Source: Schmidtea nova (lineage: Eukaryota). From it: a DNA stretch of 58,885 nt. Both the position numbers and the translations under genes were made by a program. The DNA lies in NCBI GenBank assembly GCA_044892505.1, contig CM097883.1, positions 135,413,116-135,472,000 on the forward strand, in the 5' to 3' direction. This document shows, in pieces, positions 36,740 through 48,846 of this stretch (its first letter is position 1; the number at the start of each line of letters is the position of its first letter). The notes beneath the pieces were generated by a model. It did no database searches, was not told the DNA's origin, and worked only from the letters and a program-made list of their open reading frames with translations.

Positions 36740-38056
36740 ATGCGCCAGTGGTCAAAGCTAATTTCTCGAGGCCAAAGTGGTCGAAGATAAATTTCAAGCA
36801 TAAACAGAACTTGTCAAACAACTAGAAGCTATTTGGAGGAAGCGTGTAGAGAAAACCAAAGTTAGAAATTGAATTATGTCGAAAAAAGGAAATATACTGA
36901 GGATTATGTGAAATTTGGATTTACATGCTGTGTTCGTGATAAAATCAAAAAACCCCAATGCTTTCTATGCTCAAATATTCTCTGCAATGATAATATAAGG
37001 CCTTCTAAACTCCTTGAACATTTTACAAAAATGCATTCAAATAATTCTGGAGACTCACTTAAATCGCTCAAGCAGAAAAAAGCTCGATTTCAGTCTTCAG
37101 GAACTTTAACCACGTTAGGTTTTGAATTTAATCAAAAACCACTTGTTGAAGCTAGTTATAAAGTAGCATATCTTATCGCAAAGAACAAAAAGTCTCAAAC
37201 CATCGGTGAAACATTGGTCAAGTCTTGAGCTCTTGAAATGGTGGAAGCTATTCTCGGAAAGCCACAGAGAAATCAGAGTGCGGCAGTACCTCTTTCAAAT
37301 GACGTGATAAGAAGTCAAATTGTGGACATGTCATCTGATATTTTGGATCAACTTATGTAAGAACTGAAGAAAACAACTCTTCCTTTTGGTCTTCAACTGG
37401 ATGAAAGTACTGATGTAGCTCAGTGCAGTCACCTTTTGACTTTTGTTAGATATGCCACCGAAACTGGTATTAAGGAAGAGTTTATGTTCTGCCAGCCGCT
37501 ATTAGCTACTACAAAAGCGGCTGTGTACCAGATAATTGATTATTTTTATTCAGAAAATAATCTTGATTGGAAAGCAAAGTTGGGATTCATATGTGCTGAT
37601 GGTGCACCTTCCATGTTAGGGAAAAAGTCTGGTTTTGGAGCATTGGTACGAGCGGTGGCTCCAAATGTTATGTTTCTGCATTGTTTTCTGCATCGCCATG
37701 CATTGGCATCACGAACTCTCCCACAAAGACTCAAGTCTGCCATGGATATCATTGTCCAAGCTGTAAATTTCATCCGATCTCGAGCTTTGAATCGCAGACT
37801 CTTCAAAATATTATGCAAAGAAGTTGGAGCTACTCATGAAATGTTTCTTTATCACACTGATGTACGCTGGCTTTCACGTGGACGAGTTTTTACTCGTGTC
37901 CTGGAACTCAAAATGGAGATAATAACATTTCTTGGAGAAAGAAAATAAATTGTGTGGAGAGTTTGAAACTCACCATTTTACTGCTTCATTGGCCTATCTT
38001 GCAGATGTATTTTCACATTTAAATGATCTGAATATGTCCCTTCAAGGCTCGTCAAA
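36740..38056 (+). mobile_element. Second Buster/ZBED5-like hAT, 3'-truncated pseudogene
   Basis: RKYTEDYVKFGF..PQCFLC, QLDESTDVAQ, CADGAPSM, HCFLHRHALA, HTDVRWLSRG, LAYLADVFSHLNDLN; stops present; ends abruptly at ~38056. Confidence 0.9.
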
Positions 38057-38564
38057 CTCACAGTACATCCAGAAATAAAATATATAAATTGGAAAAAAAA
38101 TGCAATGCATCAATAAGCAAACTCACCGAGCTGGAAACAAAATGACAAGTATTAAAAATAAAATACAACACAAACGCACATACAGACTAAATTGTGATTG
38201 GTTGACGGAAGACTGCAAACCCCTATATAAGCAGCAGCAAAAATCAGTAGTTGAAGTCGTTTTAGAGAGTGGTTTAGAGAATTTTCAGAGACAAGTCAAG
38301 CCTAATTAGAATCTTGTAAAAGTCATTCTGAAAGTGTCATTGATCATTGTATACCTGAAGCAATTTGTAAATCGGAGTAAATACAGGTATTACTTGGTGA
38401 TTTTCATTTTTACCCTCATGCTGTCTCTTTTTGTTTGTTAAAATCGGTAGGATCGCGCCCCGAAGGTCTTCCGACCCGGCGGGCGACATGGGCCTCTCAG
38501 CGCAGCATCCTGTAGGTGTTGACTCATGCGGCGTTGACTGTAAGTCATTCTAAATATGGGAGGT

Positions 38565-38621
38565 TACTCATCATCCTAAATCATTATGTGCACTGCACAT
38601 AGTGATTTAGGATGATGAGTA
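38565..38621. repeat. 57-nt near-perfect hairpin
   Basis: TACTCATCATCCTAAATCATTATGTGCA-C-TGCACATAGTGATTTAGGATGATGAGTA: 28-bp arms with one T:G pair. Confidence 0.95.
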
Positions 38622-38797
38622 TTAGTAAATGCAGATGATATGACTGGGTTAACGTCACGAACAGAGATTGGGGAGCTACACTAACAGGAATTCCGTATAC
38701 TTCAAGTTTAGGCCGTTCTGTTATCGTGTCCGAAAATTAAAATATCTCCGTAAGAATTCATTGTGGCGATGAGAGAATGTCTGAGATGATTGTGGGA

Positions 38798-39215
38798 ATG
38801 ATGATACAAACTGAGATTCTGCTTGGATAAAGAGGGATTGAAACGTTTTATCAGCAGCGACGAATAAAACTATTGGAAAGTTACATCAGTCGGCAGGCAG
38901 TAGAGCTGGACACTATAAAGAGAACCTGGTTTAGTCCGGAGAGGGTAAAGGAAGTTTACCAGAAACGAGATCGTGCGGAAAGATCTAGCAGAACAGGCTC
39001 GAGAAACCGCTACAGTGAGGCTGGAGTTGAATAATTGTCTAAGGGCCTCCACAAAGGAATTCATCGAACAGCAGCTAAAACCACTGATTAGTGCAAGTAA
39101 CTTTGATCGCTGGGTAACTCCATCCCGACACAATATCGAAACGCAGACCGAGGAAAATGGAAAACCTGCCCAGGATAAAGAAGTAGCAACAGCTAGTTTG
39201 ATGTTTGAAGGGTAA
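38798..39215 (+). pseudogene. ORF B paralog 5 (C-terminus replaced)
   Basis: RRIKLLESYISRQAVELDTIKRTWFSPERVKEVYQKRDRAE/DLAEQARETATVRLELNNCLRASTKEFIEQQLKPLISASNFDRW; closest to the 49692 copy. Confidence 0.82.
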
Positions 39216-39319
39216 TTTATGGAAGGGTAATTGAAGCGAATTGATGCTGTTTTGAAGGACAAATTGGTTGATAGGAATAAAATTTTATTCGAATCATGCG
39301 TTTTTAATGGTTTAAATAT

Positions 39320-39337
39320 TGGTAGTAGAGCGTGGTT
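39320..39337 (+). promoter_or_regulatory. Probable PBS (initiator tRNA-Met type) of the BEL-like insertion
   Basis: TGGTAGTAGAGCGTGGTT resembles the TGGTAGCAGAG..GGTT complement of tRNAiMet; preceded by AATAAA and a degenerate LTR-like end. Confidence 0.55.
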
Positions 39338-39695
39338 CCCATCGGGGCGCCACGCACACTTTGGAAATCTGAGAGCTATCCTGTTAGTATATATTTTTAT
39401 TAAAAAGTCTAATATGTTTTTTGTAAATTTTTATAAATGTTTTAAATTTGTAATTGGGGTATGGATCACCATTCCCTCCAAAGCGCGTCTTGAATGGGAA
39501 ATGAGGTTAGGGAGTAAAAGGCGAAAGTTTAAGTTAATTAATGAAAGAGAAGTGAAAGTTGGAATGGCTTGGCCACCGGATATTGTGAAAGACGGCTGCT
39601 ATGGGCCTCAGCATTCTTTTAAATTCCGGGATAACATTGGTAGGGAAGGTGCTCGTAAGAGGTATCCGCATAGGGTTGGGCGAGCGAGAGAGACA

Positions 39696-41020
39696 TGGCA
39701 GATATTTGTAAAAACATTAACAGGGAAAACTATTACCCTTGAAGTTGAAGCAAGCGACATGATAGAAGATATAATGGGAAAAATTCAGGACAAAGAGGGA
39801 ATACCATCTAGTCAACAAAGGCTTAGGTATAATTACAAACTTTTAAAGGAAGGAAATAGATTGAGTGATTACATGATACATGATAAATCTACTATTCATC
39901 TATCACTGAGATTGTGTGGAGGGAATGATGAGGATGAGGAATTAGAAGAAGGATTGAGAAAAAAGAGGAGTGTTAAGTATAGGTTGACGAGATTAAGAAA
40001 TAAATGGATGAACGATATGCTGGCAGAAGATGCATCACATGTCTTTGATGAATATCAGGAAGCAATGGAAAGTACCATAGTGAGTTTTGAAAGATTGTTG
40101 GACATCAGCAAAAGATTAGGAAGGTCAGATACAACAACTGTGCTAGAAGCGGATTTAAAAGAGATTAAAGAAAAGAATGATAAGGTGGAAGAGCTAATTT
40201 CGTCAAAGGCCCATCAGTCAGTTAGATCGGATGACAACAACACCATTAAAGAGGTAGGTGGGAATGAAACAAAGAAAAGACTCGATAAAATGCAGAAGAT
40301 ACGAATTCAGATTTTTGATGGACAACATAAAGAATACGAAAGTTGGAGAGCTGCCTTCCATACTTGTGTTGATAGTGCACATGGTGAGGATGATGAAAAG
40401 ATGCTACATCTTCGATCATATTTGAAAGGTGAACCGTTAAGGTTGATCAAGAATTTAGGATTTTCTTCAACTGGTTACAAAATGGCAAAGTAAAAGCTCG
40501 ATAAAAGATATGGCGGGGAAAACGAAATTACTTAGCTGCTCTGGAAGATATCGACAGCTTCCGACCCGTTCGTGAAAATGAAATGCTGGAAATAGAGGCA
40601 TTTGTTGGATTATTGGAAACGCTAGAAGCTAGAATAATTAGTATTAGACGAGAGGACGAAATGCAGAACAGTGATTTAATGAAGAGATGCCTTAAAAAAC
40701 TACCCAGCTTGCTGCTATACAAATGGAAGAAAGATGTTAAGGAGGAAAAGGTAACCGAGTGTATCCAAGACTTAAGAAAGTGGTTACAAGATGAAGTCGA
40801 GCTGTTAAGGTCAATCAAAGAAACTCTTTATGAAGTTGGTGATGACAATAGAAGAAACAATTGGAAGAGGCAGGACGGATCGTCAAGAAACCTTGTAAAT
40901 CTAAGACAAGGGAACCGGACGCTTGTTGGACAAGTAGTGAATAGGAATGATAACAAGGCAAACATGTCAAGAAACGGAATAACGGCACTAAAATGTAAAA
41001 TAAAACATCATTTTTTACTG
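39696..41020 (+). pseudogene. Ubiquitin-like domain fused to BEL/Pao-type gag (DUF1759-like)
   Basis: Ub 39696-39923 ([23 protein letters not shown]) in frame with [39 protein letters not shown]; remnant C-K-HHFLLH knuckle near 41000. Confidence 0.85.
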
Positions 41021-42294
41021 CATAGCCCAGGAGTAAAAATGGATGACAGTAAAAAGACAGCCGAGAATCAAAATATGTCAATGGTGACATATCGAGAAGA
41101 ACAGTATGAAAAGGAATATATCGAGAGTTTTGCACCTAAAGCTCAGGAAGAAGTTTTAAGTGAAACTCAAACTGGTGATAGCGATTTGAATTCAAATAAA
41201 AATGAAGATAACTCGAAAAAGGATAATATTGCTGGTGAAATGGTTGACAACTTTAAGTCTGTCGGTATTGCAAGCGAGGATGAAATAAATAATTTTTCAA
41301 ACGAATTAGTGCAAGAAGTAAGGACGGAAATTGAATCTACAATGGTTGTGGAAGATGAGCAGGCAATGAATGAAGAAATTACTGATGAAAATTGCATTGT
41401 CGAACAGAAAATTGTTGAAAATATTAACGATATCGAAGAAAATTATAAAATTAAGGAAAATGGCGGAGAGAATTCCATTGTTGATGAAAAGATGGAGCAA
41501 GAAATATTTGAAAGGTCGAATATTAATAAAAATGATAAAATAGATGAACTGTCTTTGGTAATTGAAACTATTTCTCAGCAAGTGCAAAAATCTGTTGAGT
41601 TTCAGCAGTCACTCCAAAATTCATTTGAAACAAGTAAAGACAAAGGTGAAAAACTCATGGGAGAATTAAAAAATGTAAATTTGATAAACGAAAATTTAAA
41701 TGATAAAGATGAATTCGGAAATAGGATATAGATCTTGGAATTTGAAATAGAAGATCTTGAAATAAGATAAAAACGACTGAATTAGAATATAAAAGCGAAA
41801 TTAAAGAGTTAGAAGTAAAGTTAAAGAATTTGGCTGAAACTATAGAAACGTTATCAGTGGAGATGAGAAATGTAAATGCCATTAACGATAAATTGGCAAC
41901 GGTAAATTTGGAAATAAAAATGTCCATATGTGTGAGGATGAGTATCCAAGATAGTATAAGAGGATTAATGGTCGAAGAAAAATTCAAGGACAAAAATAAG
42001 TATTGGCCGAAATGGAAAAATAAAGTTAAGAATCAGAAGGTTCCCCCCCAGAGATGAATGGGTCAGTTGATCCGCTAGAAGCGACCAAAGCTTGCTTCTA
42101 TCTGAGCCTATGTGTGCGTTGCATGTGTGGAGTCGCGTCCGTGTGCGGTTTATAACTTAAGTTAGTTTTATTCGTGTAGTGAAGGTGAAAAGTGAAAAGG
42201 CTTAATGCTAAAAATGAAAAGGAATAACAATAAAAAACACTTGGGGTTGACACAAGGGTGGCCTTTCATTTGAAAATTAACCTCGCTTCCAACA

Positions 42295-42480
42295 AATGAG
42301 GGAATAGTAGCCGCAATGTTGCTCACCTGCCTCATTATCCTACAACGTTGATACAGTACCAACATGGTAAGCAATTAGGGGCAAGCCATGGGTATCAACG
42401 GGGAGATGTTTTTATGTTGGTGGGACTACTCACAACATCACAAAGTAAGTCTCAGTTGAAAATCTACCAACACTCCAGCA
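42295..42480 (+). other. Conserved structured 3' cassette
   Basis: AATGAGG-GAATA-GTAGC(CGCAAT)GTTGC-TCACCTG-CCTCATT; crossing helices CGTTGATAC/GTATCAACG and ACCAACAT/ATGTTGGT. Confidence 0.8.
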
Positions 42481-43009
42481 ATAATTTTAGATTCAAAGTA
42501 TTAAAAATTACAAATAAGTTCAGTAACTGACTTTTTAATTTCGGTTTTTAATTCAAACATTCTGGTTTTTAGATTTTTGTATAATTTTTCACAGTAATTT
42601 AGATCCTTTCAGTATTAAGTTAGCCGATTTAATCACGATTATGCTTTTTTTCCATCGTAAATTTATCTAATATGGCTCTAAATATACAGATACAATAACT
42701 TATCTCAATGTTTGGAGGTTAGATAACAATTTAAAAAAAATTCTAAATCAGATGTTAATTAAATTATGTTCGTAAATTTCTGTAGAATTCGTCTGAATTG
42801 CGAAATAAATCGGCATTTTCTTTTTTTCCTCGATAATACTCTAACAGGCTAAAAGGAGTATTACAAATGTATTGATATTCTAATTTTTAGTTTATATTCG
42901 CTAGATTTCGAAATTGGTGTATGTTATGTTTTATTCGATTTTACTGATACATTATTATAAATCCAAATAAAATACGATATGATAAATAAAAATACTACAT
43001 TTTTGAAAA

Positions 43010-43175
43010 GATGTTGCTCTTGGACTGGCCATCGTGAAAAATTACTTAAGAAGCACTATGGGTGAGAAGACAGATTGTAGGATATGGCGATTTTGTATAT
43101 AGAGAAAGATATTCTTAATAATATTAATACAGATAAAATAATAGATGAAATTGCAAAAAATAAAGCAAGAAGTGT
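43010..43175 (+). pseudogene. hAT C-terminal dimerisation-domain fragment
   Basis: IVKNYLRSTMG/EDRL*DMAILYIEKDILNNINTDKIIDEIAKNKAR. Confidence 0.7.
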
Positions 43176-43584
43176 ATATAAAAATAGTTATTTTCTTTAT
43201 TTTTAAATAATTTTAATTGTTGAACTAATTTTTAATATATTTTATGAAAAATTATTTGAAAAAAAAATTTGTACTAAAATTTGGATAATCTCGTTTTACA
43301 TAAACTTCGTTTAACTTGTAATGGAAACATGGAGTTGTTTGAATTTTTTAAATGTATGATAAGTAATTATGAAATTGATTCAGAAAATTTTTTATTTTTT
43401 GTCTAATTAATTTTGATGACTTGGTTATTTTTACCGCTTAGTACCCCCCATTTGACTTGATCTGCCAGCGACAATAGACAAGATTTTTAGTAGCAGTTTT
43501 GTAATTCTAACTGGTTCCTGCTAAAAGCACTAGTGCTCTTTTGATTATAATTTTTCAAATGTCAAATTAAACCTGTTTCACATG

Positions 43585-43970
43585 AGTAATTAAGCGCAAA
43601 CAAATGTCACTAGACCTAGTAACTAAAACTAAATAATTTTTATGATAGATGAAAACAAAAGTAAGAATGACATAGCAAAAATGTTCAATATCAATCAGTG
43701 AACAGTTTCGGAGATTTAGAAACAAAAAGATACAATCCTCAATGTCTACCAAAGCAACCACCTTTTTGATAATGATAAGAAAATGCGCCATTCACCTTCC
43801 GGGGAACTTGAGAATGCAATACTTAAATGGTTTTCAAACATGCGTTCCAGTAATCTTTATATCAGTGGCCCACTTTTGTCAGAGAAAGCAAACGCTTTAA
43901 TTTCCATCAATTAAAAAAAATGCATTGATTTCCGGCATGTAGCTTGGCTAAGTCAGTTCAAACAGCATTC
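43585..43970 (+). pseudogene. Tigger/pogo CENP-B-type HTH fragment
   Basis: KRKQMSL..KNDIAKMFNI..KMRHSPSGELENAILKWFSNMRSSNLYISGPLLSEKA. Confidence 0.75.
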
Positions 43971-45799
43971 AGTGATTTTGTAATAAGTCTGACTTTTTTG
44001 CCGGGACCAAATGATATTCCTGCTGTGTCCAAGAGTTCACACCAAAATCAGCTTCCGGAAAATTGGGAATGTTAGGCTACAAATGGAGTAAAGTTTCATG
44101 AAATTGTTGAAGCGGACGATGATCTAGCTACTAAAGAAATGGCGACACTAAAAAATCTTGCGTCATCGTTGTCTATTTTTCAGATAACTCAGAAATACGA
44201 AGAAGTATCAGACTGTTGGGTTGATCCTAACCCCAAAGCAAACACTGGAAAAAGAAAATAAATAAAATCAATCAATTACTCACAAATCCATGAGAGCAAT
44301 TGCGAATTGCCCGGAAAGTCTAAAACAAAAACAAATGAATTGAAGATACTCTACAACTTTAAAAAACCAACATTGGAGTGGAATTATGACTGAAGTGGAG
44401 CCCGACGGTCACTTCAGCCAATCGAGAAAATAAATAATACTGCAATTTAAAAATACTTAAGGGTGAATTTGAAGAAAAAACAAAATGAAACGAAAACAAC
44501 AATTTAAAAGCCCTCAAGAATGAATTATAAAACCATAGACCTAATCTGATTGGTCAGAAATTGATACAAAAAAAGTAGAAATACCGGGGGTATTTTCAGT
44601 TGAATTATCTCACTTTATACCATACCTTGAGTCACATTTTACTCAGTGAAGTTTGAACCTTGTGAAAGTTAAAGAATAAAAGGTAATTTGTGTTTTTGGT
44701 TCTTCATCATTATTAGCTATGTTCGGTTAACCACCCTTGTGTGTTTTTATGGGATCTAAACAATCAAAGAAACGCCTCGACAGTCTTCGGACGATAACTG
44801 GCCTCCCGACACAACGCCTTATGGGTGTTGGCCGGCGCGGCGTACAAGCGCCAAAAGCTAACGGGAAAGAAATTTGCACATAGTGAGTTGGAGAAGGGGG
44901 AGCCCACATCGCAATAACACAATTTATTAATTACCATAGGCACATAACATCAGGCAATAAATCGAGGTTAAAGGTTGCCACATGTAGAGGAAGTACACCA
45001 CAATAGGGAAATCATCACCAAATTTCCGACTAAAGAGACAGTAGTGTTGAACAAGATGGCTGGCTACAACATACACTGATAAGATCGACCAGATGATAAG
45101 AATGACTGAATGAATGAATGAATTTGAGAACAATTAAATAACTAAGGAAGGAAAATTAGCTCAAGTAATAGCCAAGAGAAAAATAACGATCGAAAAGGAA
45201 TATTAAAATTTCATGGGAAATAAGAACAAAGAATCGAAAGAAATTTTTGTTTGTCTATATTTTGGAAAATTCGTGTACTTTTTTATTGTAAAAAGGTAAA
45301 TAAAATTTGTAATTATAGTTATTGTTTTATTAAGCATCTAAGAACATACACCTGCATACAAACACGTACATTAAAAAATGACATTCACCCCAGCTATCCC
45401 AAGACAGATTTTTACCGGTGACCCGACTGGGCTCTACAGATTTTCTTACAATTGCATTGACCACATTTATTATATTTTTCATATTACATTTTCCACCTAA
45501 TTCATTACTCTATTCCCTTATATATAAATTATCACTATTCCCTCATATATAGCCCATATCATAATAATTATATTATGAATTTTAACAGTTTTTCAAAAAA
45601 TAATCTATTGTGAATTTATGATAAAAGATTATCAGCCAGTATATGAGGGTCGTAGCGGTTTCCTTGACGAGATGTACATGAAACAGAAAGTAGTGGACAA
45701 CAAAAGAATGATAAGAGCTTACAAGGACGGTAAATATGTGTTACAGAGAGATCATAAAATATAAAGAACCAAAGAAGAAAATTGGTGCTTACAAGCTAG

Positions 45800-46700
45800 A
45801 GATAAGATATTTCTACAAGATATCCCTATACTAATAGAGGAGATAACACTTGGAACATGTGAGCAGACAAATATGTGCACTCCAGAACAAAGACATGTGA
45901 CGTCATCGCATGTGTGCGTCCAATCAAAAATAAATAGGCCCCGGGCCCCCCCCCGCTTTTTGGGAAGTTGCAATAGAAGTGCAAACAAGTTGCAATGGAA
46001 ATGCAATCAAGTTGCAATTCATGATTAATACAAATACATCTTAGATAAATTTGTATAAATAATTGAAAATTTTTGATTATTTGTAAAATGAAACAAGAAA
46101 TATTTATTTGAAAATTGATTGATGGTCTCTTATCAAAAGGAAAAATATGATGATGAAAGGGCAAGGAATTTGCAATACAAGTGTGTGACTCATGTAGTAC
46201 ATGCATAACATGACATATATAGTACAAGTGTTTCATACAAGTGTAATAAGCATCAGTGATTTATACCAACAATTCAGACTTGAAATGTGAAGAGTAACAC
46301 CGAAGTTGAACCCTAGTAGCAGAACATTGGTAGCATAACCTCTTTTGTGATGGTTTTATCTGCAATAGCTTCATACTGAATATTTTGATTCAAATATCAA
46401 TATTATTGTAAAATCTTTTAATATCAATTATATTCAGTATCAGAATATTTCTAACAAAACTCTGATAGCAGAACACTAGAAGCAGAACATTGGTAACAGA
46501 ACATCTTTTGTGATGGTTTTTATCTGCACAAGCTTTATACTGTATTTCATGTATCAATAATCTCAACTATCAGAACCTTTCTAATAGAACACTAGTATCA
46601 GCACATTTGTAGCAAAACTACTTTTATGATGGTATTTATCTGCAAAATCTTAATCTAATGTTTTATTGGCAAATAAGTGTATGTGTGTGTAAATAATTAG
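45800..46700 (+). repeat. Degenerate minisatellite family (agcagaacatt / tttgtgatggtttttatctg units)
   Basis: Units at ~46320-46360, 46480-46530 and 46600-46645; the same motifs recur at ~57950-58050 and 58690-58745. Confidence 0.6.
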
Positions 46701-47262
46701 TATATATACCAGTTAATTTCTATTTATATTTTAAAATGTCCAACTTAACAACAAATGATAAATCTTTATTATTTTGAATTTATTTTTCAACATTTTAGAA
46801 AAAATAATGCAAATTTTAGTTAACAATGCAGGGGAGCTTTATCAATGTCTTTTAAAAGATTTGATATACTGGGCACCGGGAATTATACCATTTCGAATAT
46901 GGATGGTAACCGGAATAGATCTGAATGCTGTTTTATTGGAACATTTAAAGACGATTGATCAGGAACTATGGATGTATATCGATGTAAAATTTGCTTTGAT
47001 CGGTTGAAGAACTATCATGTATGGATTCTAAAAAATGAGTTGAGAAAATATCATTTTGCAACCATTGTAGATAAATGTTCAAATATTGTTGATAACTGTT
47101 CATGTGTAAATGACATGTGGCCACTTCATTTCTGACTTAAATAACTAGTAAAAGACGCTTTTGAACGCATGTTTCTTGCTTGTAGTCGATTTTTGGTTCA
47201 AAATCCTTGAAAAGTCGATGGGATTGGAATGATATATTTTCTCAGCATCGGACACTAAGATC

Positions 47263-47465
47263 NNNNNNNNNNNNNNNNNNNNNNNNNNNNNNNNNNNNNN
47301 NNNNNNNNNNNNNNNNNNNNNNNNNNNNNNNNNNNNNNNNNNNNNNNNNNNNNNNNNNNNNNNNNNNNNNNNNNNNNNNNNNNNNNNNNNNNNNNNNNNN
47401 NNNNNNNNNNNNNNNNNNNNNNNNNNNNNNNNNNNNNNNNNNNNNNNNNNNNNNNNNNNNNNNNN
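47263..47465. other. Assembly gap
   Basis: Run of N. Confidence 1.
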
Positions 47466-48846
47466 ACCATCAATCAAATTTCAAATAAATATTTTGTTGG
47501 GCCAGCCAAATCGAGCAGCATCTGAAAAATAATACACAATCAATAAAATAAATCTACAAAAAAGAACAACAAAATAAATTACCAACACCAAAAAGTAGCA
47601 AATGAGCGGTAACATCTAAAAGAAATAAAGCATTAATCAGAATAACATAAATCTTAAAAACTCACCCATGCGAATCAGATAAAATCTGAAAATGACAACA
47701 GGTGGGCGGACATCACCGAAGACCTGAAACAAAAATAAAATAAAAATTAAATCATACCAAAATAAACTTACCGCATGATTAAACAAACAAATCATTGAGT
47801 TGAGTTAGGCAGCAAAAAGCCGACAAACACAAAAGAATGACCAGACATACACACATACTCGATGCTGATTGGCCAGCCAACAACACCGGTTTAGTATATA
47901 TACTGAAGTCAAATCAGTATTGGTAATGTCATTTTTTACTGAGTGTGAACTTATCGTCACAACTTGTAAACAACTTGGAAGTGGAAATAAAAGGTAAATT
48001 CGAGTTGTGTTCTATATTATTATTTTAAACCCTCATAATCATAATTATTAATGATGTTAAAATCAATAAGGATTTTCCGGAGGCCTAACAGCCTGACGGA
48101 TTCTTGGCCTCTCGGTGCAACACATTCTCATGTGAGGTACCGATGCGGCGGGACCATAGGTGTTCTAAATATTTAGTGATCGGGAAGGGGGTAAGTGCAC
48201 ATAGGATATCTAATAACATCACGTCGATCGTAAATTCAACAGGAATAAAGGCAGTCTCGTAAGTATGATATATGTCATGGCGAGGGTTAGACAAGGGGTA
48301 GACGCATGAGGTAGGTAACATCAAGTCTATTGAAGTTTTTTTTGACGAGCGTAGAGGCAATCAAAGACATATTTGTTAGACCCGAAAACCTCGAAGACCG
48401 GAATGACATGCAGAAACGGGGGTAATGATAAATCAACCGCGCATTTCAATCATATACAGCTAGCCAGCGACCAGTATAATGAATAAGCCCGTATACAATA
48501 GGGGATCACCAAAGTTCCCGAACCCTGATGATCATTGGTAGTTAGATAACGAATGACAGGGAATGTCGATTAAGATAAATCTACGAATAATATTGTAAGT
48601 TGCGATATGCTGCTGTGTGTTGAAATAATGTTGAACTAAGAGCGGAGTGAAATGAGATTAACCAAGAATGAGTGGCTAACTACGGCCTACACCACATCAC
48701 CGTCGCTCGTAATGTAATCCACGCAATGAACTGCTGAGGCCTACTAATAAATGACCAATAATCAAGTAGGCTGATCAATATATATATACTTACGATCAGA
48801 AACAGTAGCTGACGAATAACCTAAGCACTCTTTCGTTTAGAGCAAA

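Larger units (their letters stand above)
38057..42480 (+). mobile_element. 5'-truncated copy of the 3.1-kb TG..CA family, interrupted by a BEL-type fragment
   Basis: GATTGG 38196 / TATA 38224, predicted intron 38387-38450, leader sharing GGCCTCTC..ATGCGGCG with the 47495 copy, ORF B, 3' cassette 42295-42480 ending CCAGCA. Confidence 0.75.

Noticed and set aside
7416-37230. Alternative genetic code (TGA read as Cys/Trp), because both Buster transposases have TGA at a Cys position and several ORFs continue past TGA
   Set aside because: TGA also replaces Ser (Tc1 WLPQ*PDL) and Arg (DEWTSL*NQ), and in-frame TAA/TAG and frameshifts are as common; this is ordinary pseudogene decay.
39231-39695. 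N-terminal 155 codons of the 420-aa track ORF as real protein
   Set aside because: Starts at TTG, runs through LTR remnant, PBS and AT-rich leader; the likely true start is at the ubiquitin domain.
42340-42425. HDV-like or pistol ribozyme identity for the 3' cassette
   Set aside because: The helix order superficially resembles HDV, but there is no 3-bp P3 with C-rich L3, no P4 and no catalytic C in J4/2. The TTAGGG/CCCTAA pairing recalls pistol, but the P2 partner lies inside the P1 loop and the pairing is missing in the 42.3-kb copy.
44720-44910. GC-rich island possibly a LINE 3' end or LTR start
   Set aside because: No second copy, PPT, tail or coding motif visible; cannot be classified from this window.
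46774-47260. Decayed coding-like sequence before the second gap
   Set aside because: Multiple stops, no recognisable motif, truncated by Ns.
47495-48090. A 596-bp conventional LTR ending at GGCCTAACA (48090)
   Set aside because: No PBS follows, no TSD matches there, the word lies in a leader hairpin, and the TSD matches at 50622 instead.
48520-48575. Hammerhead ribozyme at CTGATGA (also ~31777 and ~32205 minus)
   Set aside because: No correctly placed GAAA and stem III/UH; the 48525 site is just a CCCTG/CAGGG stem with a bulge.
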